64,000 nucleotides of DNA from positions 28,862,793-28,926,792 of the forward strand of contig NC_043021.1 of NCBI RefSeq assembly GCF_006345805.1, in the 5' to 3' direction. The notes under the pieces were generated by a model. The model ran no database searches and was not told the DNA's origin. It worked only from the letters and a program-made list of their open reading frames with translations. The position numbers and the translations under genes were made by a program. The DNA is from Octopus sinensis. Taxonomy: Eukaryota. Positions 52,013-64,000 of this stretch are shown here, one piece after another. The stretch's first letter is position 1, and each line of letters opens with the position of its first letter.

Positions 52013-54089
52013 TGTCTCAATATAATCAAATCTATTAAAATGTATATTTCTAACAGCACACTGTCTGAATAAAAACCAGGATGGTTGCAGCTGCATTGTT
52101 TTTGACCATGGGTTTATTATTTCAAGCAGAGCTGACATATGACTACATAACAACTTTCCAAATAAACAACTCTACAGTTATTTATCCTTTTACAGATATA
52201 TAGTTATAATATTCTTTTACTCGAGTCTACAAAACTTTAAATTGCATGGAGCTGAGTCAAACTGTTATTAAGTAATATATGTAACAGCAACAGTTTCTCT
52301 AATTACATCTCTACTTTTGTATAGTTTCTTTTTTAAATTTGAAAAATATAATTACTTTTTGTCTGATCAACAACATCTTAGTGAATGGTAGCAGTTATTG
52401 CCCTCACTTCCCTGTTCTAGAAAGGGTAGATGCATTAAAAGGACAGACAAAGGGCACTGTCCCTTCAACTGGAAATTAGACAAGAAAATAAAATATTGAT
52501 ACCAAAATATGAGATACAAACAGGTATATGAGGATAATGAAATGTAGACAAAAATGTTGTTTTTTAAAGAAAACTTTTATCTACGTACACACATTGATAT
52601 ATTGTGGCAGTGAACTGTTATCGTCCTCATTGCCATCATATAGGTTTGATGGGTTTGCTCCAGTACAGCATCCTGCCACTTGTTGCAGATCTTTGTTGAA
52701 TTCTCTGAAATAAACCTTTGTCATTTTTTCTCATGCTGTTTTTCTTCCACAATGACCTTCCATTGAAACAGCTTAATCCTTCTTCACGTGTCCATACCCT
52801 ACAAACCATTGTCTCTCTTTTTCTGACTACAGCTGATATTGTTAATACATTTATACATCAGTGCTCATGCAGCAGCTCTTTTCATTTCCAAACCATTGGC
52901 ACATGCACTATGATTTGCCTGAAATACTTTCAGCCTTTGCATACCTTCCACATTTCCACATTCAGTGCACAGATATTGCTCACTACCATACAATATCACA
53001 CATTGCATACCAACACCATACAATTTGCCTTTCATGTAGACTTAGAAAAAATTTTTCATTGGTATTCAGGTGTGCATTTAGCCTACCAAGGAGGGTTGAA
53101 CTCTCAGCTATGGCAAAAGAAACTAACTCAGGAGATAAAGAACTCAGAATGAGGTATATTGTTCATTAAGTCTGCAACAAAAATTTGTACCAACTTTCTG
53201 CTCTCAGCATTTCCCAAAGGTGTGACTGGTCCTTCACCATTGAAAACAAAACCCTTCTGTGAATAGCCTAACAGTTATAATATTGGCTATTGGACATCAA
53301 GACCATAATGAGAATCCACTACACACACACACACATACAAATATGCATACATATATATTTACATACATATATATTTACATACATGCATACACACACATAC
53401 ACAAATAGTGGCTTTCACACAGTTCCCATCTATCAATTTCCCTCACAGGGTGTTAGTCAACTTGAGAAACTTGCCCAAGATGTCACACAATGGAACTGAA
53501 CCCAAAGCTACATGGCTGCAAACCAAATTTCTGAACCCTGCGCCCTTGGGCTTTAAAAAACAACAAATCTCCTTGCAAATACAATGTTATAAAAAGCTTA
53601 TCTACAGACAATTGACTGAAACTAAATATATATATATATATACATAGAAGTATCATTCTAATAACAATGTTATAAAAGAAATTAAAATTCTCTACACACT
53701 GAACTGAAAGGGTTTGCTATCACTGGCCTTACATATCAAACAGTCATATATACTGAATCTACTGTATCAGAGAATGTGATACAAAATTGGTTTCATTGAT
53801 AGAAAAAAAAATTACATTTTCTTTCTTCCTCTCTCTTTCATACAAATATTCTTTGCCAATTAAATTTCTTTAAAATTTTAAGTTTCTGCAGCACTACATG
53901 ACTAAAGGAGTTCTCAGACAAACCAATATGTGGATATTAGTTTGTTTCATAAATTCATTTCTTTTTTCATTTATTTTAATCCTTTTGAAAGTTATTTGAA
54001 TTAACATGAAAAATATTTTTTATTAGAGTGTCTTAAAGGTTTTTAAAATTTTTTGTAGCACTATTCTTTCTCTACATGTTTTGATCACT

Positions 54090-54690
54090 GTTTGTAAATT
54101 CTGAATACATTTCATCTGTTTTCAGACATATGATAATGGAGTGTTGAATAGAAAAAATTTTTTTTTAATGAGCATTTTTGACACCTGCTTCTCTTCACTT
54201 TCAGTCAAGGTTCCAAAGTTTCCAATGTTGCCAAAACTACCCATGACATAAGTACTATGTACAGAGAAAGTGCTGTTACTGAAAGAACTGCACAGAAATG
54301 GTTTCAGGCTTGAAGGAAGGGAAATTTAACTTTACAAACTCTCTGAATTCTGGCCTACTTGCTCAGTTCAATGAATATCAAATGGATGGGATCATCCATG
54401 AGGATCTGTGCCAATCCACTTGGGAATTTATCCAGCAGATGAGATACCCTCATGATACCGTTGCCAATCACTTTTACTCAATAAAGGCAATACAGCTGAA
54501 ATGACCATACTGGCAACACAGCATGCTTTTTTCATTGCTGTCCAACAGTTTGAAGGACATTTTGCTCAACAACGACATGGAATTGAAAATGTGGCTCAAT
54601 AAAGTTTGTTAATCAAGCTTGTGGAACATTGGCAAAAAATTGTGAACAATGAAGGAGAGAGTATTATTGGATGATTTATTAAAACTTGAT
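54090..54690 (+). mobile_element. Degenerate mariner transposase remnant
   Basis: MEC..EK..EHF.HLLLFTFSQG-type N-terminus at 54137; WQKIVNNEGE-type C-terminus near 54630-54665. Confidence 0.7.
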
Positions 54691-55042
54691 GACAAATAAG
54701 GATTAAAATGAACAGGAGAAAGGGAAAACCAGAGAAAAGAATATACACAAGACAGTTATATAGTCTTGTAATCTCCCTAGATACTTGATGAGATAGGTTC
54801 ATTCTATGAGCCTACAAAAGTTTAAGTTGCTTGGAGCTGAGTCAGACTGTTATCAAATGATATATGTAACTCCTACCAAATGTCCACTCACTCCTCACTT
54901 GTGGATATATATATTATATACACTCTTGGATTGGTTAACATTAGGAAGGGCGTCCAGCTGTAGAAACCAAATCAGCTCCTCAGTTTACCAGTTTTCAGTC
55001 AGACCCATGCCAGCATGGAAAACGAATGTTAAATGATGATGA

Positions 55043-55075
<33 letters not shown>

Positions 55076-55745
55076 GTATGTATGTATGTAAATATATATA
55101 TGCATATAAATATGTATGTGTGTGTGTGTATGAATATGTATATATATGATCTCCAGTTGTGATTTGCACACACATATTACTTGGTCAAGTGTACCATGCT
55201 TTTGTTAAGTTTTTTAGGTGCCCGTTTAGTTGCAAACCAATCATAGAGGCACTCCTAACCTCATCTCACCCTTTCACCAAGGAAAACATCCAGGATGATG
55301 AGATGGATGAAGGGAGAGAGAAAGAGAGCGAGAGTGAGTGACAGAGAGTGGAAAGCTGCATAAGCATTGATTCTGGTAATCATTCACAGATAAGTAAGTT
55401 GGAGTATCATGAAGTAAAGTGACTTACTCAAGGACACAATACAAAATGGCCTGCCTGGTGCAGGACTCCAAACCATGACCTTTTGATCATGAGGTCAAAT
55501 CCTGAAACACCAGGTCATAAGACTCCACAGATACATATTTATATGCATGTATGTATGTGTGTGTATATATGTGTACATACACATATATATACATATACCC
55601 AGTGTGTTACTTTTAGGGTATGATGTCTGAAGGTAAATCATTGGCAATTGATGGAAGACTCTTGAAATGTTGGATGCAAAATGGCTTTGGTAAGATTAAT
55701 TCTTAATTTATCATCAAGAATAAGGAATGATAAAGCTTTTGACTA

Positions 55746-55791
55746 CACACACAAACACACACACACACACAACACACACACACACACAAAC

Positions 55792-55823
<32 letters not shown>

Positions 55824-55920
55824 AAACACACCACACACACACACAAACACACACACACAAACACACACAACACACACACACACACACACAAACACCACAC
55901 ACACACACAAACACACACAC
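55746..55920. repeat. Interrupted (CA)n microsatellite
   Basis: Direct reading. Confidence 0.95.
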
Positions 55921-56130
55921 AGAACCTTTTAACCAGGCATATGACAACAATTTTAATTCTATGCACATATACCCAAATGAGGGAACCACTACTAGTATGC
56001 ATTTGACCTGCCAGAAATAGTAGCCAAATCTTCCTTATATTACATCCTGTGATTTTAAAGAAAGGAAGGACAGATTGGATAATGAAGTCATAGATACTGT
56101 TTGGGTATATAAAAATAAATGAAAAATAAG

Positions 56131-56701
56131 TATTGAGTTGTCAGATAAATTTGTTCATTTTGATCCAATGTTGTTTGATTTAACAAGAAAAATATTTTAC
56201 CATAGTCTTTTATGTTTGAATTTTTTAGCTCTATTTTTCTTCTATAACTTTTGTTTATTTGTTTTAAAATGTGAATAAATGTTATCACTTTTGTTGCATA
56301 TGATGATGGAGCATAAAGAAAAAAATTATGAGCATTTTCGACATCTGCTTCTTTTCCCAATGCTAATTTGACCAAAAATGCCATTTAAGAGTTTGGTTGA
56401 GATGTTCTACCACACCTACTGCATTCTCTTGATATAGTGCCTTCAGATTATCACCTTCTTCAGTTGCTCTCCAACAATCGCTGAGATGTTTTGTTCAGCA
56501 ACAATGTGGAGTGGAAAACATGGCTCAAGAAATTCTTCCAGTCAAGGCCCTGTGATTTTAACCCCCGAGGCATTAAGAAATGAGTGTAAATTTGGCAAGA
56601 AATCATGAACAATGATGGAGAATATATTACTGTATGATTTGTTAAAATTGTAGAAGAAAAGTAGAATTAAAAAATGAATAAATTTATCTGACAATCCAAT
56701 A
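56131..56701 (+). mobile_element. Internally deleted mariner element with ~30-bp TIRs
   Basis: TATTGAGTTGTCAGATAAATTTGTTCATTT ... AAATGAATAAATTTATCTGACAATCCAATA; internal EHFRHLLLF and PSDYHL remnants. Confidence 0.82.
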
Positions 56702-57139
56702 AATAAGATTAGATGACAACACATGGAATTTCTTTACTGGTAAGTTCTGCTCGACCAGGGCTGACCAGAGGTTAAACAACAACAGTGCATAAGTATGATC
56801 AACAATTGAACTGGCAGCAACTAAGATAGGAATTAAAACCAAGAATATTTGATCTTTGGTTTTCTAGCAGTAAATCTGATACTATATAAATAGCCACAGC
56901 GTTACACTTGACTAATGTCTACATGTATAACAAAATATAGAAAACTATTGGATCTATGAGAGCTAATAAAGAATCTACTCATTTTTGCATATATTAATTA
57001 AATTAATTTATAAATATGAGAAAAGAAAACAACACAAATGGAGACACAATAACTATAGTGCATAAGCATTTTTAAAGCACCAATACTTGCCAAACCATAA
57101 ATGATTGCATATGTGTGCATGCATATATATATATATATG

Positions 57140-57188
<49 letters not shown>

Positions 57189-57316
57189 ATATATATATAT
57201 TATATATATATATATATACAAATAAGTACTAACCCAAACAAGGAATCTGCGTTGACTCAGATGGTCTTCTAAAAGCAATAAAGCAATCCTCTCTAGGTAA
57301 TATAATCAGAAAAATA

Positions 57317-57376
<60 letters not shown>

Positions 57377-57462
57377 TATATATATATAATATATATATTG
57401 GTAAAAACGGTAAGATAACAAAAGAAGGAAAGAGACCTCAATATTATGTAAATAGAGGAAAT

Positions 57463-57737
57463 TTATCTGTAAAATAATATGTGACAATTATTCAATAGCC
57501 AAGATAAAACTCTGAGTTCGGATTCCGAGGTGGAAATCCACAACACCATATTCTCGGTTATCTGGCCATCTAAAAAATGCTATGAAAAAAACTCATAGCA
57601 TTTTTCAGATGGCCAGATAACCGAAGAGATGGTGTTGTGGATTTCCACCTCGGAATCCGAACTCAGAGTTTTATCTTGGTTATTGAATTATATATATTAT
57701 CTTGGTTATTGAATATATATATATTATTTTACAGATA
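57463..57737. repeat. Long palindrome (~96-bp core arms, 7-nt loop), Penelope pLTR-like
   Basis: 57490-57585 is the near-perfect reverse complement of 57593-57688; outer TATCTGTAAAATAATAT/ATATTATTTTACAGATA. Confidence 0.85.
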
Positions 57738-57739
57738 AT

Positions 57740-58268
57740 ATATATATATATATATATATATCATATATACTTTCTACAAATTATATACATTATTATTATT
57801 ATTTTTTTGCAATTTACTTAATCATTGACATTTTATTGTTATTTTAATTTTAATATTTCTATTATATGTAATTTTCTAGATGGTGTAATTTAATTGTTCA
57901 TTTTGAATTGATAAAAGGTGTTTTTTTTTCTAATTTTATATATATATAATATATATATATATAATTTATATATATATATATAATATATATATAATATATT
58001 ATATAATATATATATATATATAATATATTATATAATATAATATATATATAATATATATATATTATATATATATATAATATATAATATATATATAAAATAT
58101 ATATATAATATATATATAATTTATATATATATATAATATATATATATATAAATATATATATAATACATATTATATAACATATATATATATATATTATATA
58201 ATATCTATATAATATATATTATATAATATATATATAATATATATATATATATAATAATATATATAATA
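57740..58268. repeat. AT-rich low-complexity and (TA)n tract
   Basis: Direct reading. Confidence 0.85.
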
Positions 58269-59072
58269 CACGGATGGCGGGTGTGTATGCGTATCTTATC
58301 TTGGGGAGCTGGTTTGAGATTCTGTTATATTAATATATAATGAATGCGAGTCTATATTGAGTATATGTTGTTCATTTTGGATGAGCATATGGGTTTTTGC
58401 ATGTATTTGTTTGGCAGTCTTATATATTAAGTTTATCTTTGTACTCATCTTAATTTGTATTTTATGTTATTTATCTATTTATTTATTTATTTATTTATAT
58501 GTAGATATATACATATATTTCTATTTATTTTTTACTTGTTTATTTATTTATTTACTTATTTATTTTATTTTATTTTATTTTTTTAATATTTTTTTATTTT
58601 ATTCTATTTTTTTTAAGTAATAACACTTAGTAATTTGTAATTAATTTAATTTATAATTATTTACTTATATATTATTTAATGGTAAGTCCTGTTAACTTAT
58701 TGTATATGTATTTATACGTCCATTAATATTTAAATATATATATATATGTATGCGAATGTTTGCATACACAGTAAAGGTGAATGTGCGTATGTTTGTGGAT
58801 ATGCACGAATGTACGTATGTGTGTGTGTATGTGTAGATGTTAATATAATTTTCCTGTACCTATATTGGTTTGCTGGTTAGAGGTTGAATGGAAATAAAAT
58901 GGTAATACAACGATATAGGAGTTTCAGTGATGTGATGGTATGTTTAAGAAATGTACAGTGTTATTTTGATTATATATCGTAGAATAATAACGTATTTTGA
59001 CTATTTACAATTAATTTACTTATATCTTAATTAATAGTATTTTCTGTTAACTTATTGTGTATGTATTTATAC

Positions 59073-59248
59073 GTCCTCTTATAATGATTGTACTTATTGT
59101 ATTGTATTACTCATTCATGTACGCTGTTTTGTTATATATTTTTATATTTAATCCTAATGTTTTTATGTAGTGGTTTAATAAAGTATGTGATTGGGTATTA
59201 TCTGGTAGTTGATAAATGATTTAGATGTATTTCTCCATTTTCTTATTT

Positions 59249-59252
<4 letters not shown>
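59073..59252 (+). repeat. ~180-bp direct repeat, copy 1 (copy 2 at 60620-60799)
   Basis: TCCTCTTATAATGATTGTAC...CCATTTTCTTATTTTGTA, about 2 mismatches between copies. Confidence 0.9.
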
Positions 59253-59284
<32 letters not shown>

Positions 59285-59403
59285 GGAGTAAACACATAAA
59301 TGTGAAACAAGGTGGAAAAAAGAGTACTCAAATACCAGTGGTAGAGTAATATGCTTTATTTTAAGCAGCAGAATTTGTTGAATTTTCTGCTGCTTAAAAT
59401 AAA

Positions 59404-59508
<105 letters not shown>

Positions 59509-59718
59509 ATGGCGGTGCCCCAGCATGGCCACAGCTTGTGAGCTGAAACTAGATAAATAAATAAAATATATATAATATATAATATATATATATATATATA
59601 TAATACATATATATAATACATATATATATAATATATATATAATATGTAATATATATATGTATATAATATATATATAATACATATATATATATGTATAATA
59701 TATATATATATAATATAT

Positions 59719-59759
<41 letters not shown>

Positions 59760-60446
59760 TGAGATAGGGGTTTCAAATTCAACCCTCCATGGGATACCAT
59801 ATATCCAAAGTGTGCGCGTGTGGATGTTTCTCAACTAACCAACCGTAAAAAAAACAATTATAATTTAAATTTAAAAGTATAAGCCAATCAAATTCCGGCG
59901 TTCGTTTCATAACTATTTCGGAAATTAATAATATATTAGTGTCACAATAGAAATTATTAATTTACATGCATCTGTGGAAATTAACACCATGTAAACTGAT
60001 TGACTTGACTGCTTTTTGTATGTATGTGCAAATATTTAATACCTTGCATAATACTGTGGTATTATGTTGGTCCCTAGTTTTGATACTATATTGCTAATTA
60101 TGTGATATATGTATTGTTTTATTAGTATTAATGTTATTAGAAATAAGAACAATGATATTGGTAGCATAAATGATATTGATAACAGTATTGATGTTAACAT
60201 TAATGACTTTTTGTAAATTAATATAAGGTAATACTGACTCTATATATCTGCATTGAAGTATGAATATGTCTACGTTCTCTACGTTGTAATATCTTAATAT
60301 TAAGTTGAAAAACATTGAATATGGAACATATATATATTATTGATTTGTATTATTGTATTATTATGTATATGTATATGTAAATGATTTATTATGGGTATGT
60401 ACCCACACTTATATGAGTATATATGTAATTTGGTTTATACTTTAGA

Positions 60447-60573
60447 ATCTCCGAAGAGGCCTTAAGATATCTTTGTAAATGTCTCATTTTTAACTTCATA
60501 TTGACATACTATACATGGCTAATATAAGTAAAATGAGGCATACTTATCTGCATGGCCGAAACAGCTGTAAGAT
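60447..60573 (+). ncRNA. Type I hammerhead-ribozyme-like motif with elongated stem II
   Basis: ATCT-CCGAAGA-GGCC-[long hairpin]-GGCC-GAA-AC-AGCT-GT-A-AGAT; core differs from CUGANGA by U4C. Confidence 0.6.
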
Positions 60574-60981
60574 ATAGTGTATATTTATATTTATATCTAT
60601 TTATATTTATTTATTTATATCCTCTTATAATGATTGTACTTATTGTATTGTATTACTCATTCATGTACGCTGTTTTGTTATATATTTTTATATTTAATCC
60701 TAATGTTCTTATGTAGTGGTTTAATAAAGTATGTGATTGGGTATTATCTGGTAGTTGATAAATGATTTAGTTGTATTTCTCCATTTTCTTATTTTGTATT
60801 ATATATATATGGCGCTGCCCCAGCATGGCCACAGCTCATGAGCTGCTGAAACTAGATAAAAAAAAATATAACATATATATATATATATATGTATATAATA
60901 TATATATATATATGATAAATATATATATATATAATATATATAATATATATATGATATATATATGTATATAATATATATATA

Positions 60982-61041
<60 letters not shown>

Positions 61042-61200
61042 TATATATTGGCGGTGCCCCAGCATGGCCACAGCTCGTGAGCTGAAACTAGATAAAAAAA
61101 ATATTATATATATATATATACATAATATATATATATAATATATATATACATAATAATTATATAATATATATATATATATGATATATATATACATATATAC

Positions 61201-61357
61201 GACAGGCTTCTTTCAGTTTCTGTCAACCAAATCCACTCACAAGGCTTTGGTCGGCCTGAGGCTATAGTAGAAGACACTTGCTCAAGGTGCCACGCAGTGG
61301 GACTGAACCTGGAACCATGTGGTTGGTAAACAAGCTACTTACCACACAGCCACTCCT
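61201..61357 (-). mobile_element. tRNA-derived SINE 5' part
   Basis: On -: A-box TGGCTGTGTGG, B-box GGTTCAGTCCC, GTGAGTGGATTTGG...AACTGAAAGAAGCC. Confidence 0.85.
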
Positions 61358-61360
61358 GCT

Positions 61361-62510
61361 ATTTTTTATTTATTTATTTATTTATCTAGTTTCTGCTCAC
61401 AAGCTGTGGTCATGCTGGGGCACCGCCATTTGGTTTTGCTACATGATTTTACTTCATGAATGCTTTTTAGCAATTGCCATTTGGAGCATGAGAGAGTTCG
61501 ATGCAGCTGCCCTCATCTGCACCTCCTGCTGTGAAGTTGGTTCATCTGGGATACCTGACAAGAAGAGATCCAGTTTCATTTTAAAGACATCTGCATCCAC
61601 CCCATGCAGGTCTCTTAGGTTCTTCGGGAGGATATTGAAGAGCTGTGGGCCTCGGAAGCCCAGGCTATCACAGTATCTTGTCCTACATCTTGATGGCAAA
61701 TTTGGAGTCCTAGGCACCACGCAGTGGTGCCCAGTTCTGGCATTTGTGTAACTCTCGATGTCAAAGTTTGGGACAAGTCCCTCCAGGATTTTCCAGATGT
61801 ATATTATGGCATATCTATCCCGCCTACGCTCCAAGGAATATAGTTTTAATCTCTTGAGTCTTTCCCAGTAGCTTATATTCTGCATAGAGGCTATCTTCTT
61901 CGTGTAGCTACGTTGGATCGACTCAAGTTCCATGATCACCTTGATACTGGATGGTGACCATAGCTGGGAGCAATAGTCAAAGTGGCTTAGGAAAAGTGTC
62001 CTCCAGAGGACCATCATGGTTTCTTGTTCTCTTGTTCTAAAGGTTCTGAGAATCCATCCGGCCAGTAGTCTACATTTCATTGCCAATTTAGCAACATGTA
62101 CACGAAAGGTTGCGTCATCACTCATGTAAATACCCAGGTCACGCACTGATTGTGCCTCTGGGATTGCAATTCCTCCGGGTCCAGTGTATTCATTGGGTAT
62201 TGCATTTAGTTTTGCATGCTGATTAGTATAAAGCTTGAAACTTTTTAGCATTGAACTGCATGCTATTCTTTTCAGCCCACTTGTATATTTTGTCCAGCTC
62301 ACATTGCAGGCGTTTAGTGTCCTCAGGGTTCTGTATTGCCTGTGAAACTTTTGTATCATTTGCATAACTTGTGATCGTGGCTCTCTGCATGGCTGAAGGC
62401 ATGTCTGAGAGGGCCATTATGAACAGTAGTGGTCTCAAAACAGTGCTCTGCGGAACACCGCTCACTATTTGCGTGTTAATGGTGGCTACTACCACCTGAC
62501 ATCTATCTTT
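61361..62510 (-). mobile_element. 5'-truncated CR1/L2-group LINE (RT C-terminal half, 3' UTR, (TAAA)n tail)
   Basis: ORFs 62223..62513 (GVPQSTVL, YAND) and 61454..62365 (LERRRDRY, LDLFLSGIPDEP). Confidence 0.9.
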
Positions 62511-62583
62511 CAAAAAGTCATGAAGCCTTTAATATATAGAAGCCTATATATGAAGCCTATAATATATATATATATAATATATT

Positions 62584-62619
<36 letters not shown>

Positions 62620-62719
62620 ATATAAAATATATAATATATAATAATATATATATATATATATAATATATAGAATATATATATATTGTTTATACATATATAT
62701 ATATATATATAGATTATAT

Positions 62720-62787
<68 letters not shown>

Positions 62788-62975
62788 ATAATATATATAT
62801 ATATATATATATAATATATGTTTTACCTCCATATCTTCGTGAGTTATTTTTGAGTAAAAATTATGGGAGAATTTTTCTTAAAGTAGTGGAAATAGCTAAA
62901 AAACTTTTTGGCTGCTATTTCTAAAATGTTCAGTATGTGGCAAAGTAATTTATTTTACTAAGCCCTAATTATATA

Positions 62976-63007
<32 letters not shown>

Positions 63008-63020
63008 ATATATATATATA

Positions 63021-64000
63021 AATCCTTAAATCCTTAAAAATGTTTTAGCCCGAAGGCCGCAGCCATGCTGGGGCACCACCGCTGAATGAGCTACACTAAT
63101 TTGTGAATCCACCTCTGATACGTGGCACTTGATCAACAAGGGAGTTCAATGCTGCTGCCCGCATCCGCGTCTCCTGTCGTGAGGTAGGCTCATCTGGGAC
63201 TCCCAACAAGAAGAGATCCAGTTTAGTTTTAAAGAAACCCACATCCACACCATGTAAGTCTCTCAGGCATTTAGGGAGGATGTTAAAGATCTGTGGTCCT
63301 CTGAAACCCAAGCTGTTGCAGTATCTGGACCTGTATTTTGATGGTGATGTTGGAATCATTGGCACCATGCAGTGGCGCCCCGTTCTGTGGTTGGAGTAAC
63401 TTTGAATGCCAAAGTTTGGGACAAGACCCTCCAGGATTTTCCAGATGTATATCACCACATATCTCTCACGCCTCCGCTCTAGGGAGAAGAGGTTAATACC
63501 TTCAGTCTTTCCAGTAGCTGATATTTTGCATTGAGACGATTTCTTTGTGTAGCTTCTCTGAATTGCTTCGAGTTCTGCTGTTAGCTTTATATTGTGTGGT
63601 GACCAAAGTTGGGAGCAGTAGTCCAAGCGGCTGAGGACGAATGTTTTCCATAGGACCATCAGTGTCTCCTTCTCTCTTGTTCTGAAAGTTCGGAGAATCC
63701 ATCCAGCTAGCCGTCTGCATTTTATCACCAGATTAGCAATATGCATTTGGAAAGATGCATCATTGCTCATGTCAATGCCCAGGTCACGCACTGATTTTGA
63801 CTCAGAGATTGCAATTCTTCCTGGGCCAGTCTTCATGTCATTTACCTTTGTGTGCCAGTAGCGCAGGGCCTGGAACTTACCTGCATTAAACTGCATGTTG
63901 TTGTCCTCAGCCCACCTGTATATTGTGTCCAGCTCATGTTGCAGATGCGCAATATTTTCAGGGTTTTTTACTGCGTGGGAGACTTTTGTGTCATCTGCAT
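63021..64000 (-). mobile_element. CR1/L2-group LINE 3' part (related subfamily), continues past window end
   Basis: ORF 63096..63896 VRDLGI, LDYCSQLWSP, LDLFLLGVPDEP; ADDTK at window edge; 3' UTR GGTGGTGCCCCAGCATGGC and (TTTAAGGA)2 tail. Confidence 0.9.

Overview
Eukaryotic, very AT- and microsatellite-rich animal DNA. The SINE, LINE and mariner families look like those of octopus (inference). No convincing host protein-coding gene is present; most ORFs in the track come from microsatellites, satellite or antisense frames. The left half reads like stacked chromosome ends. A near full-length CR1-type LINE (2168-6625) has a (CTAA)n tail that runs directly into a 4.75-kb degenerate (CCCTAA)n telomeric array (6631-11386). 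Next comes 14.5 kb of GC-rich, hairpin-rich higher-order satellite carrying three 28S rDNA fragments, then a non-autonomous Helitron and a second LINE whose ORF1 has two CCCH zinc fingers. A second short (CCCTAA)n array (32247-32423) caps a fold-back inverted duplication with ~1.8-kb arms. The right half is decayed repeat landscape: R4/Dong, Gypsy, RTE and mariner remnants, tRNA-derived SINEs, a tRNA-Ser pseudogene, a MITE, Penelope-like palindromes with hammerhead-ribozyme-like motifs, and ~50-bp LINE-tail micro-elements in (TA)n.
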